DNA of 64,000 nt from Selaginella moellendorffii (taxonomy: Eukaryota; Plantae; Lycopodiophyta). Position numbers and translations under genes: made by a program. The notes under the pieces are model-generated. The model saw nothing but the letters and a program-made list of their open reading frames with translations. It was not told the origin of the DNA and did no database searches. Location of the stretch: assembly GCF_000143415.4 (NCBI RefSeq), contig NW_003314262.1:5800304-5864303 (forward strand). Direction: 5' to 3'. Shown piece by piece: positions 38,045 to 49,979 of this stretch. Within the stretch, counting starts at the first letter, position 1. The number at the start of each line of letters is the position of its first letter.

Positions 38045-38507
38045 TTATTTATTATAACATAAATATTTCAGCTAGCGCAGTGGCCAATCATAGCCACGTG
38101 AATTTAGTGTTCTCTACAATCTATTTAAATCTATCATTAGTGTTGTAGACGAAAGTTCGAAACTTTCATGCACGGCTGGAGGAATTCTGCTGGTCAACGG
38201 CAGCAACCCTTATTCGAACCACAGACTTTGTACAGGTGTGTGCCATCATCCATGGGAAGTGAATAGTTTATGAAATGAAATGAAATAAAATGTTGGTCAG
38301 CTGGTAGTTAAACTATTAATAGCCAGTCTCTTTTGATTATTGTGACTATTCGTACGTAATAAAGAAAAAGGCAAAAGAAACATACCTCGCTAATTATCCG
38401 CCACGTGGATCTTGTCAGTCCAACGTGTCGCAAGGGCGTCCACCCACATTTTGTGGTGGGAAAAAATCAAGGCTAGCTATGGTTTGAAGCTCTCTTCCAA
38501 AGTTCCC

Positions 38508-40792
38508 ATGGCGATTCTCTCCGTGGGGATGGAGAAGTCCATGATTTCTCGCGATCCTTGCTGCGACGCCGCCAGATCGGGGCTTAGGAGCGGCTTCTTG
38601 GGGCATCGATCGAGCGGGGGGAGGTGGGAGTCGCGGCGGCGGCGCGGCGGGCATCGATCCAGTGCCCTAGTCGCGGTAGCAGGGATGGATTGGATGGATG
38701 CATTCCACGGTATTGTGATCGGGGTTGGGGTTGGATTGCCTTGCACGGTGATGGAGTGTGGCGATGTGGTGTATCGGAGCACGCTGCCCAAATCCAATTC
38801 CTTGCAGGTAACAGGGCCCGGCGCTGCTTTGGCGGTGCTCGCAGTCACTTATTTGTGGGCGACTCCTGGTGTAGCTCCTGGATTCTGGGACATGTTTCTT
38901 CTAGCACCGATAGAGAAGAGGCTCCGGCCTTCTTACACAAAGGTATTTCTTCGTTGTTTACGTAAGTCCTAGCGTTTTGGATTGAAACGAGGTGTTTGTT
39001 TCGTCCAGGATGACTTTGTCCTGGAGAAGAAGATTGGAGAAGGAGCGTTTGGATCCGTCTACAAAGGATCGTTTGCGAATCCTCAAAAGAAGGTGCTTGG
39101 GTTTTGTAGTTCTTTTGCTTTTTGCTCGATCACTTTGAAACACTTGTTTGTTAACGCGCAGTCGTTTCCAGTGGTGGTGAAAAAGGCTAGTGAGTATGGA
39201 GAAGTGGAGGCTTGGATGAACCAGCGTGTGCGACGGGCATGCCCGGGCAAATGTGCTGACTACCTTGACGGATTTAAGATGGTATGCTTGATCTCTCCTT
39301 CTTTTTGCTTGTCAATGACCTTTTATATTGGTTGGTTTTAGAGAGTCAATCCAAAGAGGAAGGAGTTTTGGCTTGTGTGGCGTTACGAAGGTGTGGCGAC
39401 TCTCGCGGACTTCATGAGTAGCAAGGATTTTCCTTACAATGTTAGTGAGTTCTCAGTTCATGCAAGGATGGATTTACTGAAAATCTCAAATCGCGACAGA
39501 CAGGTTGAAAAGGCGTTGAGCTTGAAGACTACACTGCTTGCCAAAGGTGCCGAGCGAGAAAACCAGATCATCCAGTCCTTACTTCAAGAGCTATTGAAAT
39601 GTTTGAGGGGGCTGCACGATACTGGGATTGTTCATCGCGACATAAAACCGCAAAATATCATTTTCTCCGACGGTAAGCTTGTAGATACGTAGCCATTGTT
39701 TCTTATCAATTTTACTGTTTCGTAGAGTCGAAGTCCTTCAAGATTATTGATCTCGGCGCTGCTACGGACTTGCGAGTTGGCATCAACTACATTCCGCAAG
39801 AGTTCCTACTGGATCCAAGGTCTATTTCTTCTCAACTTCGCGTAAAGAAAGTTTCCTGACATTTTTTCTATGTTCAAGGTACGCTGCACCTGAGCAGTAC
39901 ATTATGAGCACTCAAACTCCCTCGGCTCCATCGCCTGTCATTGCAACAGCACTCTCTCCAGTTCTATGGCAGGTTTATACCAGTGAATATGTTTCCTGTG
40001 ACAAATCACGATGTTTGTTGGTCGTTGCAGCTGAACCTGCCGGACCGCTTTGATATCTACAGTCTCGGATTGATGTTCTTGCAAATGGTAATGACATTAG
40101 TACTTCATTTCCAACTGATATAAAGCTTTCATCTGTCAATGACAGGTCTTTTCGAATTTGAGAAGCGACAGTGCTCTCATCCAGTTCAACCGGCAGCTGA
40201 AGCGCATGGACCACGACTTAGTTGCGTGGAGAGACTTGGTGGACGCTCGGCCAAATGCGGACGTTCAACGTGGATTCGAGATTCTGGATATGGACGGAGG
40301 AGCTGGCTGGGAGCTGCTCCAAGCGATGATGCAGTTTAAAGGTCGCCAACGTATCAGTGCCAAGGCTGCTCTCGGCCACCCTTACTTCGTCAAGTTGGGA
40401 CTTCTCAAGGCCTCGCCCGTACAGACACTGTGGCTGGGCTTGATCAGATTTGCTCAGCAGGATAGAACGCAAGCTCTCCAATGGGTGCTGGGATTAATGG
40501 CGAAGGGATTCACCGAGGCCGAGCTCGAAGAACTGCGGGTAAGGTTTCTCTTTCCTTTTTCAGTTTGCTCGTTGTCTAAAGTTTTCTCGGGCAGGAGCGA
40601 GAGCCAAAGAAGAAATCGACCTTCCAGAGAAACGCGCTAGCATCGGCTTTGCGATTGCAACGCAAGGTTGCTCAAACTGTTGCTGCTAGCGTGGACGAGA
40701 AGATGGGAAAGAGAAAGATCTGGTGGATGGAGACGATTGATGAAACACTGGACGGACTCGAGACCAAGAAGAAAAGTTTCTGGTGGATCTGA
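38508..40792 (+). CDS. STN7: Chloroplast state-transition Ser/Thr kinase STN7, 10 exons
   Basis: Exons 38508-38942, 39009-39092, 39162-39281, 39342-39440, 39504-39672, 39726-39819, 39879-39972, 40031-40087, 40146-40538 and 40595-40792. Hallmarks: [23 protein letters not shown] (lumenal Cys pair), [66 protein letters not shown]. Confidence 0.96.
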
Positions 40793-43700
40793 TTGATGGC
40801 TGGCAGGCCATCTCTGTGTGCTCCACCCACGCTCTACATGAAGTTAACAGGCATTAAAAACGTGGAAGCACCGCGCTATAGCCACACTAATAGTACCAGT
40901 GTGAAGAAAAAGTTTTTAAAGACGATGGAGTGTGTCTCCCAGCATGGGTCACGAAAGATCATGGTCACACGACTCAGAGATCTCGATCGTGGAGTCCATT
41001 TCGAGTTTGGTGTAAAAAAAAACTCTCGTAGTTACTTCGATGATCTTTTGATATAAGATAAGAACTCCACTCGAGCCAAAGACCAGAACTTTGTGCCGCT
41101 AGATCTTTAAGTTTGTTCCTACATGCTGATCTTGCCAAGTTACACAAGCGCGCTCGTGTAGACTCCGTTTAAAACGCAAAGCTTACAGTATCACAAGGAT
41201 TTGGCACATTGACACGTAAAAGACCGTGTAAGTTTGATCACTTGCAGAAAAGAGAATGGTCGCTTTCAACTCCAGTCCACTTGATCCCGCGACTCGTGGC
41301 GAAGAACAAGCTTTGCCTGATTTTCGATGAGAGCGACCCCCGGTCGATCGAGCGAGCTTATGAGTTCCAACTTGTCAGCATATAAATCTCCTCTGCTGGA
41401 TCTTGATTGATACCGATACAAATAGTTATCATATATAAGTTGATAATAATTATAATAATAGTAATAATAACAAATAATGAATAGCAATGGTAATAGTTAT
41501 TAGTTACCAGGAGAAAAGTGGGAAAATATTCGAGGCTCTCTTGGCCTCCCTCATAATATGGATCCACAATCTTTCCCCCCAAACGCGCAGAAATATATAC
41601 TTTTTGGTAAAAAACGATTTTTGATCAATAGAAATGCTTTCTTTTATAATATTACGTTCCTCCCCTTCGCGTTTGCGTTGCTTTCCTCTTCACCCACATT
41701 GCGTGTGTGTGTTTCTCCTCGGGCAGTCTCTTTGTCTCTTGGAAATTCTTGTTTTTCTTATTTTTTCTTTTCTACAGTCCCAAAAGGTTGATTGGGAACA
41801 GAAAATTCAACCGTTTTCTTGCCAAGAGAAATAAATTCAGCCTGACCAGTAAACCAGGAAGAAAGCTGAGATGCGAGGAAGAAAAAGGAGGTGGAAACTT
41901 CAACTTTGGGTGCATGGAATGCGTTGAAACAGTCGTAACTTTCTCCTCTTATCCTCGATACGTAGGCAGAGTGAGATTGACGGGCAGGAGAAAAAACCAG
42001 CAGGAAAAAAAAAAGAAAATAAAGAGAGAGAAGAACCTCGCGTTCCGGTCAAGAGCCAGTTGAAAAGCTCGTCGTTAATGGCATCTTCCGGCTACTTCTT
42101 CGGAAAAATCCCGACACACACACACATGCATTCATGGAACAAATGCTGCTGCAATAGAAAAAGAAGAGATCATTTTTTGAGGGAAAAAAGCAAGGAAATT
42201 CTTAAAGCAAAGCGAGAAAGGGACCTGGAAGCATATATGGTGCTGCGATATACGAAATTGACACACGATTAAATCAACGATGACTGCCTCGCGCCAACTT
42301 GTAAGTTCTTCTCCCCTCCTTCCTCCTTTCTCTGAAACGACAACAGTCAGGCAGCGAAAGGTGAGTGGCGAGAAAAAGAGAGCTCCGATCGATCGATCCA
42401 GTCGAGTCGAGTCGGAAGAGAGCGAGGATTACAGCTAGCGACCGAGCGAACGAGCGAGCGAGCATGGCAGAGACTGAGCTTACTCTGGAGTCCAAGGAAT
42501 GGAACACAAGTAGTCAGAGCTCCTGGAGTCACTGACGGACGGGGTGGAAACGCTCGTGTGACTGAGTTACTTCTTTAAGCTGGAAAACAAAATGTGAGCG
42601 AGCGAGAGAGGAAGAAAAACTTTAGAACTAACCGCATGCTCCATAATAGCCGGAACTGGAAACGCACGGACGGTGTCAAGATGCACGGATAGTCCTTCAC
42701 AAAGAAAAAAAGAAAAGAAAAAAATGCTTTTCAAGTCATGCTTACAGTAATCGTGCCCATCCATGAAAGTCAGAGCCTGGAAAACGAGTGTCCCGTTTAA
42801 AACCTAAGCTGAGATTAACTCACTTCTTGGTGACTTAACATGCCTTTGAAGTTGATCTGGCATAAAACCGCGACCACCATGCAACGGAAAGCACGGACGA
42901 GTTTAGCATCTGACTGCAATCAATGAATCGAGCTCGCATATAAATACACTTACGCACGGCGAGGGGTGAGGTTTTAAGCCCGGAGAGGAGACCTGGAACA
43001 AAGAACGTCGAGCGAAAAAGAGGGATTTTTACGAGCTTGGACCAAGACCAGCTTAGCGGAAAGAAAAGCTGTGCTTGTGCTCGCTATACGTGTGCGTGGT
43101 GTGAGTGTCAATCAATCAATCATCTGCAGAATAAGTTGCTTCGTGTGTCAAACTTCTGCCTGACACAAGAGCGGAAAAAAAAAAAGCGAGAAAAAAGGAG
43201 AACACCACCTCCAAAACGTAGCAGTAGCAGCCCCGGAGGAGTCATAGCCTGGACAGCGAGAGGCCTCTACACACACAGATCAGATAAAGTGCTCCCGTTA
43301 AGAGAAAAAGAGAGAGTTTGTAACGAAAGGACTTGCCTGGAGCTTGTAGAGTCGTCTTCTTCTTCCTCCTCCTCTCGCCAATAGCTCTCTCAACTTTTTT
43401 TTTGAGGTCCTTCTTAGAAGTGTCAGGCGGACCAAAGAAGATCTCTAGCGGGATCCGTGCTTGGCTACTTAAGATCCTTTCTCCTTGCTCACTTTCCTCT
43501 TTTCTCTCGTCGTCGTGAGCGTTTTCGAGAGATAACTTTCGATTTGCTGATCCATTCTTCTTCTTTGAAGTTTTCGCAGTTTCCTGCAATTCGTAGCGCT
43601 TGAGTTGCGGACCATTCTTGAGTTTCGTGCCGTGATTTCGAAAAAGAGAGAGTTTGTGAATGTTTTCCTGTCTGCTGCTTGTCGCGCCTAGCATTCCTTG

Positions 43701-43930
43701 ATACCCGGGGCTTTAGAGTTTCTCTTTCTCTTCTTCCTCAACTTCTCCTTTTAGACCTCTCTCTCGGAGAATTCCAAGTCTTTTGAGAGAGGTCCTCGCC
43801 TAGAGCTCTACATAGCTTTCCAAGCTATCCAGCCGAGAGCAAAAGCTTCCCTCTCGGCTCTCAGCAAATTTCACTTCTTTCTGTCAAAGGTATAGAAAGA
43901 ATTTCAGCCATCGATCGAGAAGAAAGGGAG

Positions 43931-45494
43931 ATGGGACGAGCACCTTGCTGTGAGAAAGTCGGCCTTAACCGAGGTCCTTGGACACGAGAAGAAGATCTTC
44001 TCCTCACCCAGCACATCAGCCTCCACGGCGAAGGATCATGGAGAACACTTCCAAAAGCTGCAGGTAAAATTCACATAGTTGTAAATCACTCGAAAAAAGA
44101 GAGCGAGAGAGAAAACTCTCGGAAGAGATTTTTCGTAGCTTACGCATTGTTCGTCCCAGGACTTCGTCGCTGTGGCAAAAGCTGTAGGCTCCGGTGGATA
44201 AACTATCTTCGTCCAGATCTCAAGCGTGGAAACATCTCCGAGGAAGAAGACCAGCTGATTATAAAACTGCATTCGCTGCTCGGCAACAGGTCTGGAGTTT
44301 TCACTTCCATCTCCAGTGTCATCACCTTTGCATTCTCCCCCTCCTCCCAATCTTCTTCCCGTGATATCTCCAATGCTCACGAGTTTCAAGTCACACTTCC
44401 TTTGTTTCTTGCTCCTCCACCGACAAGGAACCATTTTTGATAGCTCGCCAGCCGCCACGCAAATCTCCCCAGCGAGTTAAAAAAGAACTCCCCCGTGATT
44501 CTTGTCTCGCGGTTTTTCTAAACTTTCCTTCTCGCGTTTGTCTCCATCTCTCAGGTGGTCTTTGATCGCTGGACGGCTCCCTGGAAGAACTGACAACGAG
44601 ATTAAAAACTATTGGAACACCCACCTGAAGAAGAAGCTCCGCAACATGGGCATCGATCCCCAGACGCACCGCCCGCTGCCACAGCACGACCCGAGCTGCC
44701 CGTCCTTCCACTCCAAAAACACCGCCGCGGCATGCAGCTGCCACCCGGACGCCGCGACGCTGGAACAAAACACCGGTGCCGCCAGCGTCACCGCCGCCGC
44801 CACCACCACCTCCGCTGGTATCACCATGATATCTCCATCTCCATACGCCGCTGCCACGGACGAGCGTCCTCGGCCAGGAGGAGAAGTCTTCTCGTACCAA
44901 AAACTCCTGGGGATGGGCTCGGACCAGATTCTCGACGTGGAGGAGGAGGACGAGGAGGAAGCCCGGCTCAAAGGACCACCATCCTCTCCCATCAGCATCC
45001 TCTCGCAAAACAGCTCTGGCCTCACCGAGCGCTACCACCACAAGAACATCAAGTCGGGGGGCTCCGGGGATCACTCCATCACCTCCTCGGCCGCGCGGGA
45101 CATGGAGTTTTGCGAGCTGCCGAGCCTGTCCGCCACCTGCGACACAGCTACCAGCTGCTGCTCGGGGACCATGATGATCAAACCGGGCGACCTCGGATCG
45201 TCGCCGTCTTTCGAGTTGTATCCCGTGGCCGCGGTGGAGTGGGATGATCAGCACGGCAAGCACGACGCAATGCATGTCCCCATCCCGCCGCTATTCAGCG
45301 AGGCCGAGGCTCACAAGGATCATCACCACTCGTCCAGCAGCCTGCTGCTAAATATCATAAACTCGGACGGACTGTGGGACGTGGAGATTGTCCGGCCTAT
45401 CGAGGAGTTGGATCCGTCCATGATCATCACCGAGGCCGCGAATACTGATCTGTGGGAGTCGCATTATACGTCGTGCGTAGCGACAGGGCTGTGA
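43931..45494 (+). CDS. R2R3-MYB transcription factor, 3 exons (43931-44063, 44160-44289, 44555-45494)
   Basis: [61 protein letters not shown] and a [10 protein letters not shown] motif. Canonical 133-nt and 130-nt first exons. Confidence 0.96.
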
Positions 45495-46599
45495 GGATCA
45501 ATCGATGGGTCTGTGAAGAAAAAAAGTGATCTTTAAAGAGATATAAGAATACTCCCTTGCGAGGAGAATTGGCTTACTCGCAATGCAAATGCTGCAGAGC
45601 TTCCATGTCCAAACTTGTTTCGCTCCAGGTGGAATGAAAACGTCAAATGGAGATCATCACCTTTTGTACGCGTAATCTGTTCATAGGAAATTCTTAAGTT
45701 GGAGAAACTCGTTGAAGATCTGGAAAGTTTACAAGAAAAGGTATAGTTGCACACGTGAATCCTGGTGGATAAAATGTTTCATAATGTGTCGCCATTTATG
45801 GAATCGTTGTGGGAAAATATTTGGCTCCCATTCAATCGCTTAGAAGATTCTTCTATGAAAATGGTACCTGATCACAATCAAGAGAAATTGTCTTGTGGAT
45901 ATGAAAGGAAAAACAATGCAAGTTGTACCTCTCGAAATTCATGCCTTCTTCGCTGGAGACCGCCCGATGCTTGAATATCCACAGTCTTGACGGGGAGAAA
46001 GCTCGTCACTGCAATCTTAAAATTCTCGAGTGAAGATTGCAAGTTATTATCTTTGAAGAAACGCTTAAACGCTCTGATCTATGGTGGGGTGAGTGAAGCA
46101 TGCGATCAGGACTCGGGAGTGTCTTTGGCATTCGGTGAAAGAACAGTGCAGTAGACATGGAAATTGGTTTTAGTGTTTGCCACGACGTTGGCTAACATGC
46201 CACGTTGGCATGTTGCGTGAGCATGACACGTTGGCACACCAGCACAGAATTGCAATATGGAAGCACAAGGAAGCGACTGAAAAGTGGGAGTGCAGGGCCA
46301 AGAACTTCTAATTTATTGGGAAGCAAGTTGCAACTAACTAGACTACTATGATCAAGCCACAAACCAGCTCACCAAGATGGCCAAGCAATGGTCAAGAAGA
46401 AAGAAGGAGCCATGGAGACAAAGAGAACGTGGGCAAAGGCAACTCAACTTTCAAGCCAATAATTAACCAAGATTATTGCCAAGAGATGCTATGGAACAAA
46501 GAGAGGCCAAGAGCTCCTAACCCATTGAAACCAAGAAGAGCAAGCACTTGTGAAAGTGTGATATATCTTTAATTAAGATATCAAAATGTAAAATGCATT

Positions 46600-47100
46600 A
46601 GCTATATATATAAAACTATTATTCAAAAGAATCCATTTCGGACAAAAATGTTAGAACACCACTCAATTGAGGAAGAAGTATTTAACAGTAGTTGTAAAGG
46701 CACTAGCAAGAGCTCTAACTTCCATTCAACGAGTTAAGTAGTCAGAAGCAATAATGACATACTCATTACTAGCAGTTGATTGTGGAAAAAAGTCTCATCA
46801 GATCAAATGCCACCAACTCAAACAAATAAGAAATTGCAATTGACTCCAACCTTTTTCCTATAGCACAAGAGGAAGTATTACAAGTTTGGCACCAAATGCA
46901 ATTATGCATATAACAAATAACATCACATTGCATTTCTGATTAATAGAAAGACTTGCGTAACTTCTTTGTTATATAACAATGTCCCATATAACCACCTAGA
47001 ACATGAGAATCATGGTAGGTGTGGAGGAAGCTTGGAATAAATATTGAAAGCACCACTAGTCGTAAATGATCATCATGATTTGTCCCCACAAATACAAAAA
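46600..47100 (-). mobile_element. Ancient Ty3/gypsy integrase relic
   Basis: Minus-strand LHTYHDSHVLGGYMG...KKLRKSFY (integrase Zn-binding-like) and NEYVIIASDYLTR*MEVRAL (core-like), with stops. No LTRs found. Confidence 0.65.
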
Positions 47101-48170
47101 CCATCCCCAAGGCAATATTAAGAATGTAAATGCTGAAATAACAAGTCATCAGTGAGTGATGCAAGATTTTTAAACCTATCACAAAGCCTTCAAATCCACA
47201 GCTCAATCTTTTAAACTTTACGAACCTCATCAAGAGAGGATAAATCTTGCTTTGCACCTTGTGGACACTTAACATCAAGTATAATAACCACCAATGGTAC
47301 AAAATCCTCATTTAAAAAATCCACAGATGCTAGAATAATAGGCTCATTAGAAACATAAGAAGAGAGCGAAGAAGGAAGAGGAGCTCGAGAAAAGGTATTA
47401 GCATTAGGTATAAAACTCTTCAGCCGATGAACAACATCAAAATTGAAACTTCAAAACCCACTAAGCAATATGACTAACTAAGTTCTTCCACTTTAATAAT
47501 GAAGTAACTATAGCATGATCACCTTTGAGTAATATTTAAGAACTATGTAATTATGCGTGAAGTTTCTTGAAACCCCAAATTGTTACTAAACACTTATTCT
47601 CTATTGTGAAGTAGTTCACCTCCGCTAATTGTAAAGTACAATTGATATATACAATAGGATGATATTAACCAAGCACACTCAGGCTCTCTTGTATCAACAC
47701 ACCTCTAAAACTGATATCAGAAGCATTCACATACAAAATAAAAAGTCAAGTATAGTTAGGATATGCCAAAATTGAGTTGTCAATACCTCTTTGAGATCAA
47801 TAAACGCCTGCTCAGGGGATGGCCCAAAGTTGAGTTGAGCTCATGAGTTGAGCTCAATTCAACACAAGTCAACTCAAGTCAACATAGTCAATAAGAAATA
47901 TTACAAAGGAGATCTAAATTGAACAAATGAAGGTTCTAGCAAACTTTAAAATATTAAAATACGTAAATATCTAAGTTAAAAGTTTCTATAAGATTGAATT
48001 GTTTAAAAAAGACAAAGTTCATGAGAACCTATCTTTTATAAAACTATATTATTTTATTATAACAACTGTTACAGTTGTCATATTTGATTTGATTACTTAA
48101 TATTTTGAATACTTTTACAGTTGTAGATACTATTCTTTCATTCAAAAGATTTTTTAGGGTTCTTGAGAAG

Positions 48171-48419
48171 ATGGGAAGCAAGGAAAATACAAGATCTGTG
48201 AGTAAGAGTTGTAGTGCAAAGGAATGTGAGAATGTTAATTTTGTTTCACTACCACAATCTCCATATTACACTCCTGGTCCTTATTACCCACCTGGGAATG
48301 TAGAGATCACTATCACGATTGATAAAAATGCTCTTGTTACTTCTGAAACAACAGTCCAGAGCAAGAGAAATGAAGAAATGAACAGCACAGCGGAAAGCAC
48401 CAAGAAATCTACTCCATAA
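48171..48419 (+). CDS. Possible small ORF inside the MULE (82 aa)
   Basis: ATG-initiated ORF in AT-rich sequence. No recognisable motif. Confidence 0.25.
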   Translation: MGSKENTRSVSKSCSAKECENVNFVSLPQSPYYTPGPYYPPGNVEITITIDKNALVTSETTVQSKRNEEMNSTAESTKKSTP

Positions 48420-48894
48420 AACTTTCCATGACATTTGTAATTTACATATTAATTCATATTAAAAACTCTATTGCTTGCTTATATCGCAATCCTCTCATAT
48501 GATAAGACCAAGGTATATTTTGCAGTGAATCCTCATTAAAAGTTTTTAGGAATTGTTTGTAAATAATGATAAAAGAAATCAAAATCTTTCGAAAGACTCA
48601 AAAGTAATATCACATCAAAGAATCCACTTTATCTACATTTCCAAGACTAAAAGGCAATCTCATATGAGAAAATGGTAGCGTGCCAACGTGCTCTACCATT
48701 ATAATGTGTTCTATATTTCCTTGCAATTTATTTCCCTAGACATTTGGCATGTGTAGAAAAGAATATATGTGTAGCAAAGTAGGATTCATCATAATGATAA
48801 AGCATGTGTATACACGATAATCTAAAATTCTAGAAGCTCTTATGTTTACAAAAAAGTTATGATTATAAAGCCCCATTTCCAAGACTGACATTTA

Positions 48895-49032
48895 AAGAAT
48901 CTGAGTATTGTCAGTGTCATAATAAATAAACCTCATTCCCAAGAATCTGAGTATTGTCAATGTCATAATAAATAAACCTCATTCCCAAGAATCTAAATAT
49001 TGTCAGTGTCATAATAAATATACCTCATTCCC
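48895..49032 (+). repeat. Three 46-bp tandem repeats upstream of the left zinc-finger gene
   Basis: Unit AAGAATCTGAGTATTGTCAGTGTCATAATAAATAAACCTCATTCCC at 48895, 48941 and 48987, followed by a TATAAA near 49049. Confidence 0.9.
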
Positions 49033-49124
49033 AAGACTAAAACTTAGTATATAAACTATCTAGAAAAGTTATAGTCATTGTAGGCTTTTTGTTCTCCTTG
49101 AGCTCCTTAGAAGTTTATATTGAA

Positions 49125-49670
49125 ATGGCTCAAAGGAGACCCATTGCTAATCGTACTTGGCCCCTCAGCATTTCACATCAATCTCCACCTCCATCCCCAA
49201 GTTCTACCAACATTCCACCTTCACCTCCACATAACAATCCTTTTTCTGCTAAGGGCTCTAGTGAAGCTGAATTAGAGCTCCCTATATGTGAAATTCCTTA
49301 TCTTGCTACTAGAGAGGGATTGCCTCCAACGCTTCAAGAGCAATGCCACATGTTTTTGCAAGATCTTGCTCCTGACATGGCAAGATTACTTGAAAGCACA
49401 GAACGCTATTACATTCGATGTCTAATATGCTACTTTTTCTTGGACAAGACAAATGGCTCTATGGGTTTACAAACTTTTCTTGAGCACTGTAAGAATTGCC
49501 CAACGGCAGGTCTGGAAAATGTGCACGTGTGGATGTACAATAGATTCAAAAATGAGTTACAGACACATACCCACTATCTCTTCATGGTGAGGAACAACAT
49601 CCCCTTGGGAAACATTGCATTGGCTAGTGCAAAATATGGGGTTTTTAGGCCACCCTATAGTGGAATGTAA
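49125..49670 (+). CDS. Small transposon-borne zinc-finger-like protein A (181 aa)
   Basis: Intact ORF with a Pro/Ser-rich N-terminus and CLIC-x18-HC...HVWMYNRFKNELQTHTHY. Paralogous to 58513-58965. Confidence 0.6.
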   Translation: MAQRRPIANRTWPLSISHQSPPPSPSSTNIPPSPPHNNPFSAKGSSEAELELPICEIPYLATREGLPPTLQEQCHMFLQDLAPDMARLLESTERYYIRCLICYFFLDKTNGSMGLQTFLEHCKNCPTAGLENVHVWMYNRFKNELQTHTHYLFMVRNNIPLGNIALASAKYGVFRPPYSGM

Positions 49671-49979
49671 GATCTAGAATTACTTTACTATACTATAGTA
49701 TTGTCACTATTAAAAGAAAAAATATAATAAAATGATATTAGTTGTAGGTAACATACCTTGTTCTAGAAGGTGCTATCATATCACATACAATTGTTTACAA
49801 AATGTTGAAGGAGGAGATGGCAGCACACAAGCGCTACAAAGTGATGGTGACAAGTGAGAATGATAATCTATAATTATGGTATCTGACACTGACACTGACA
49901 TCTGACAATTTTATTGACATCTGACACTTTCACTGACATCTAACACATAACAAGCTTTCCATTTTATTTAAGGATGCAA

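Noticed and set aside
40800-43930. Short ORFs between STN7 and the MYB gene
   Set aside because: Simple-repeat-rich intergenic, promoter and 5' UTR sequence with no coding signature.
48895-49032. CRISPR-like array
   Set aside because: Head-to-tail repeats without unique spacers, in a eukaryotic context with no cas genes.
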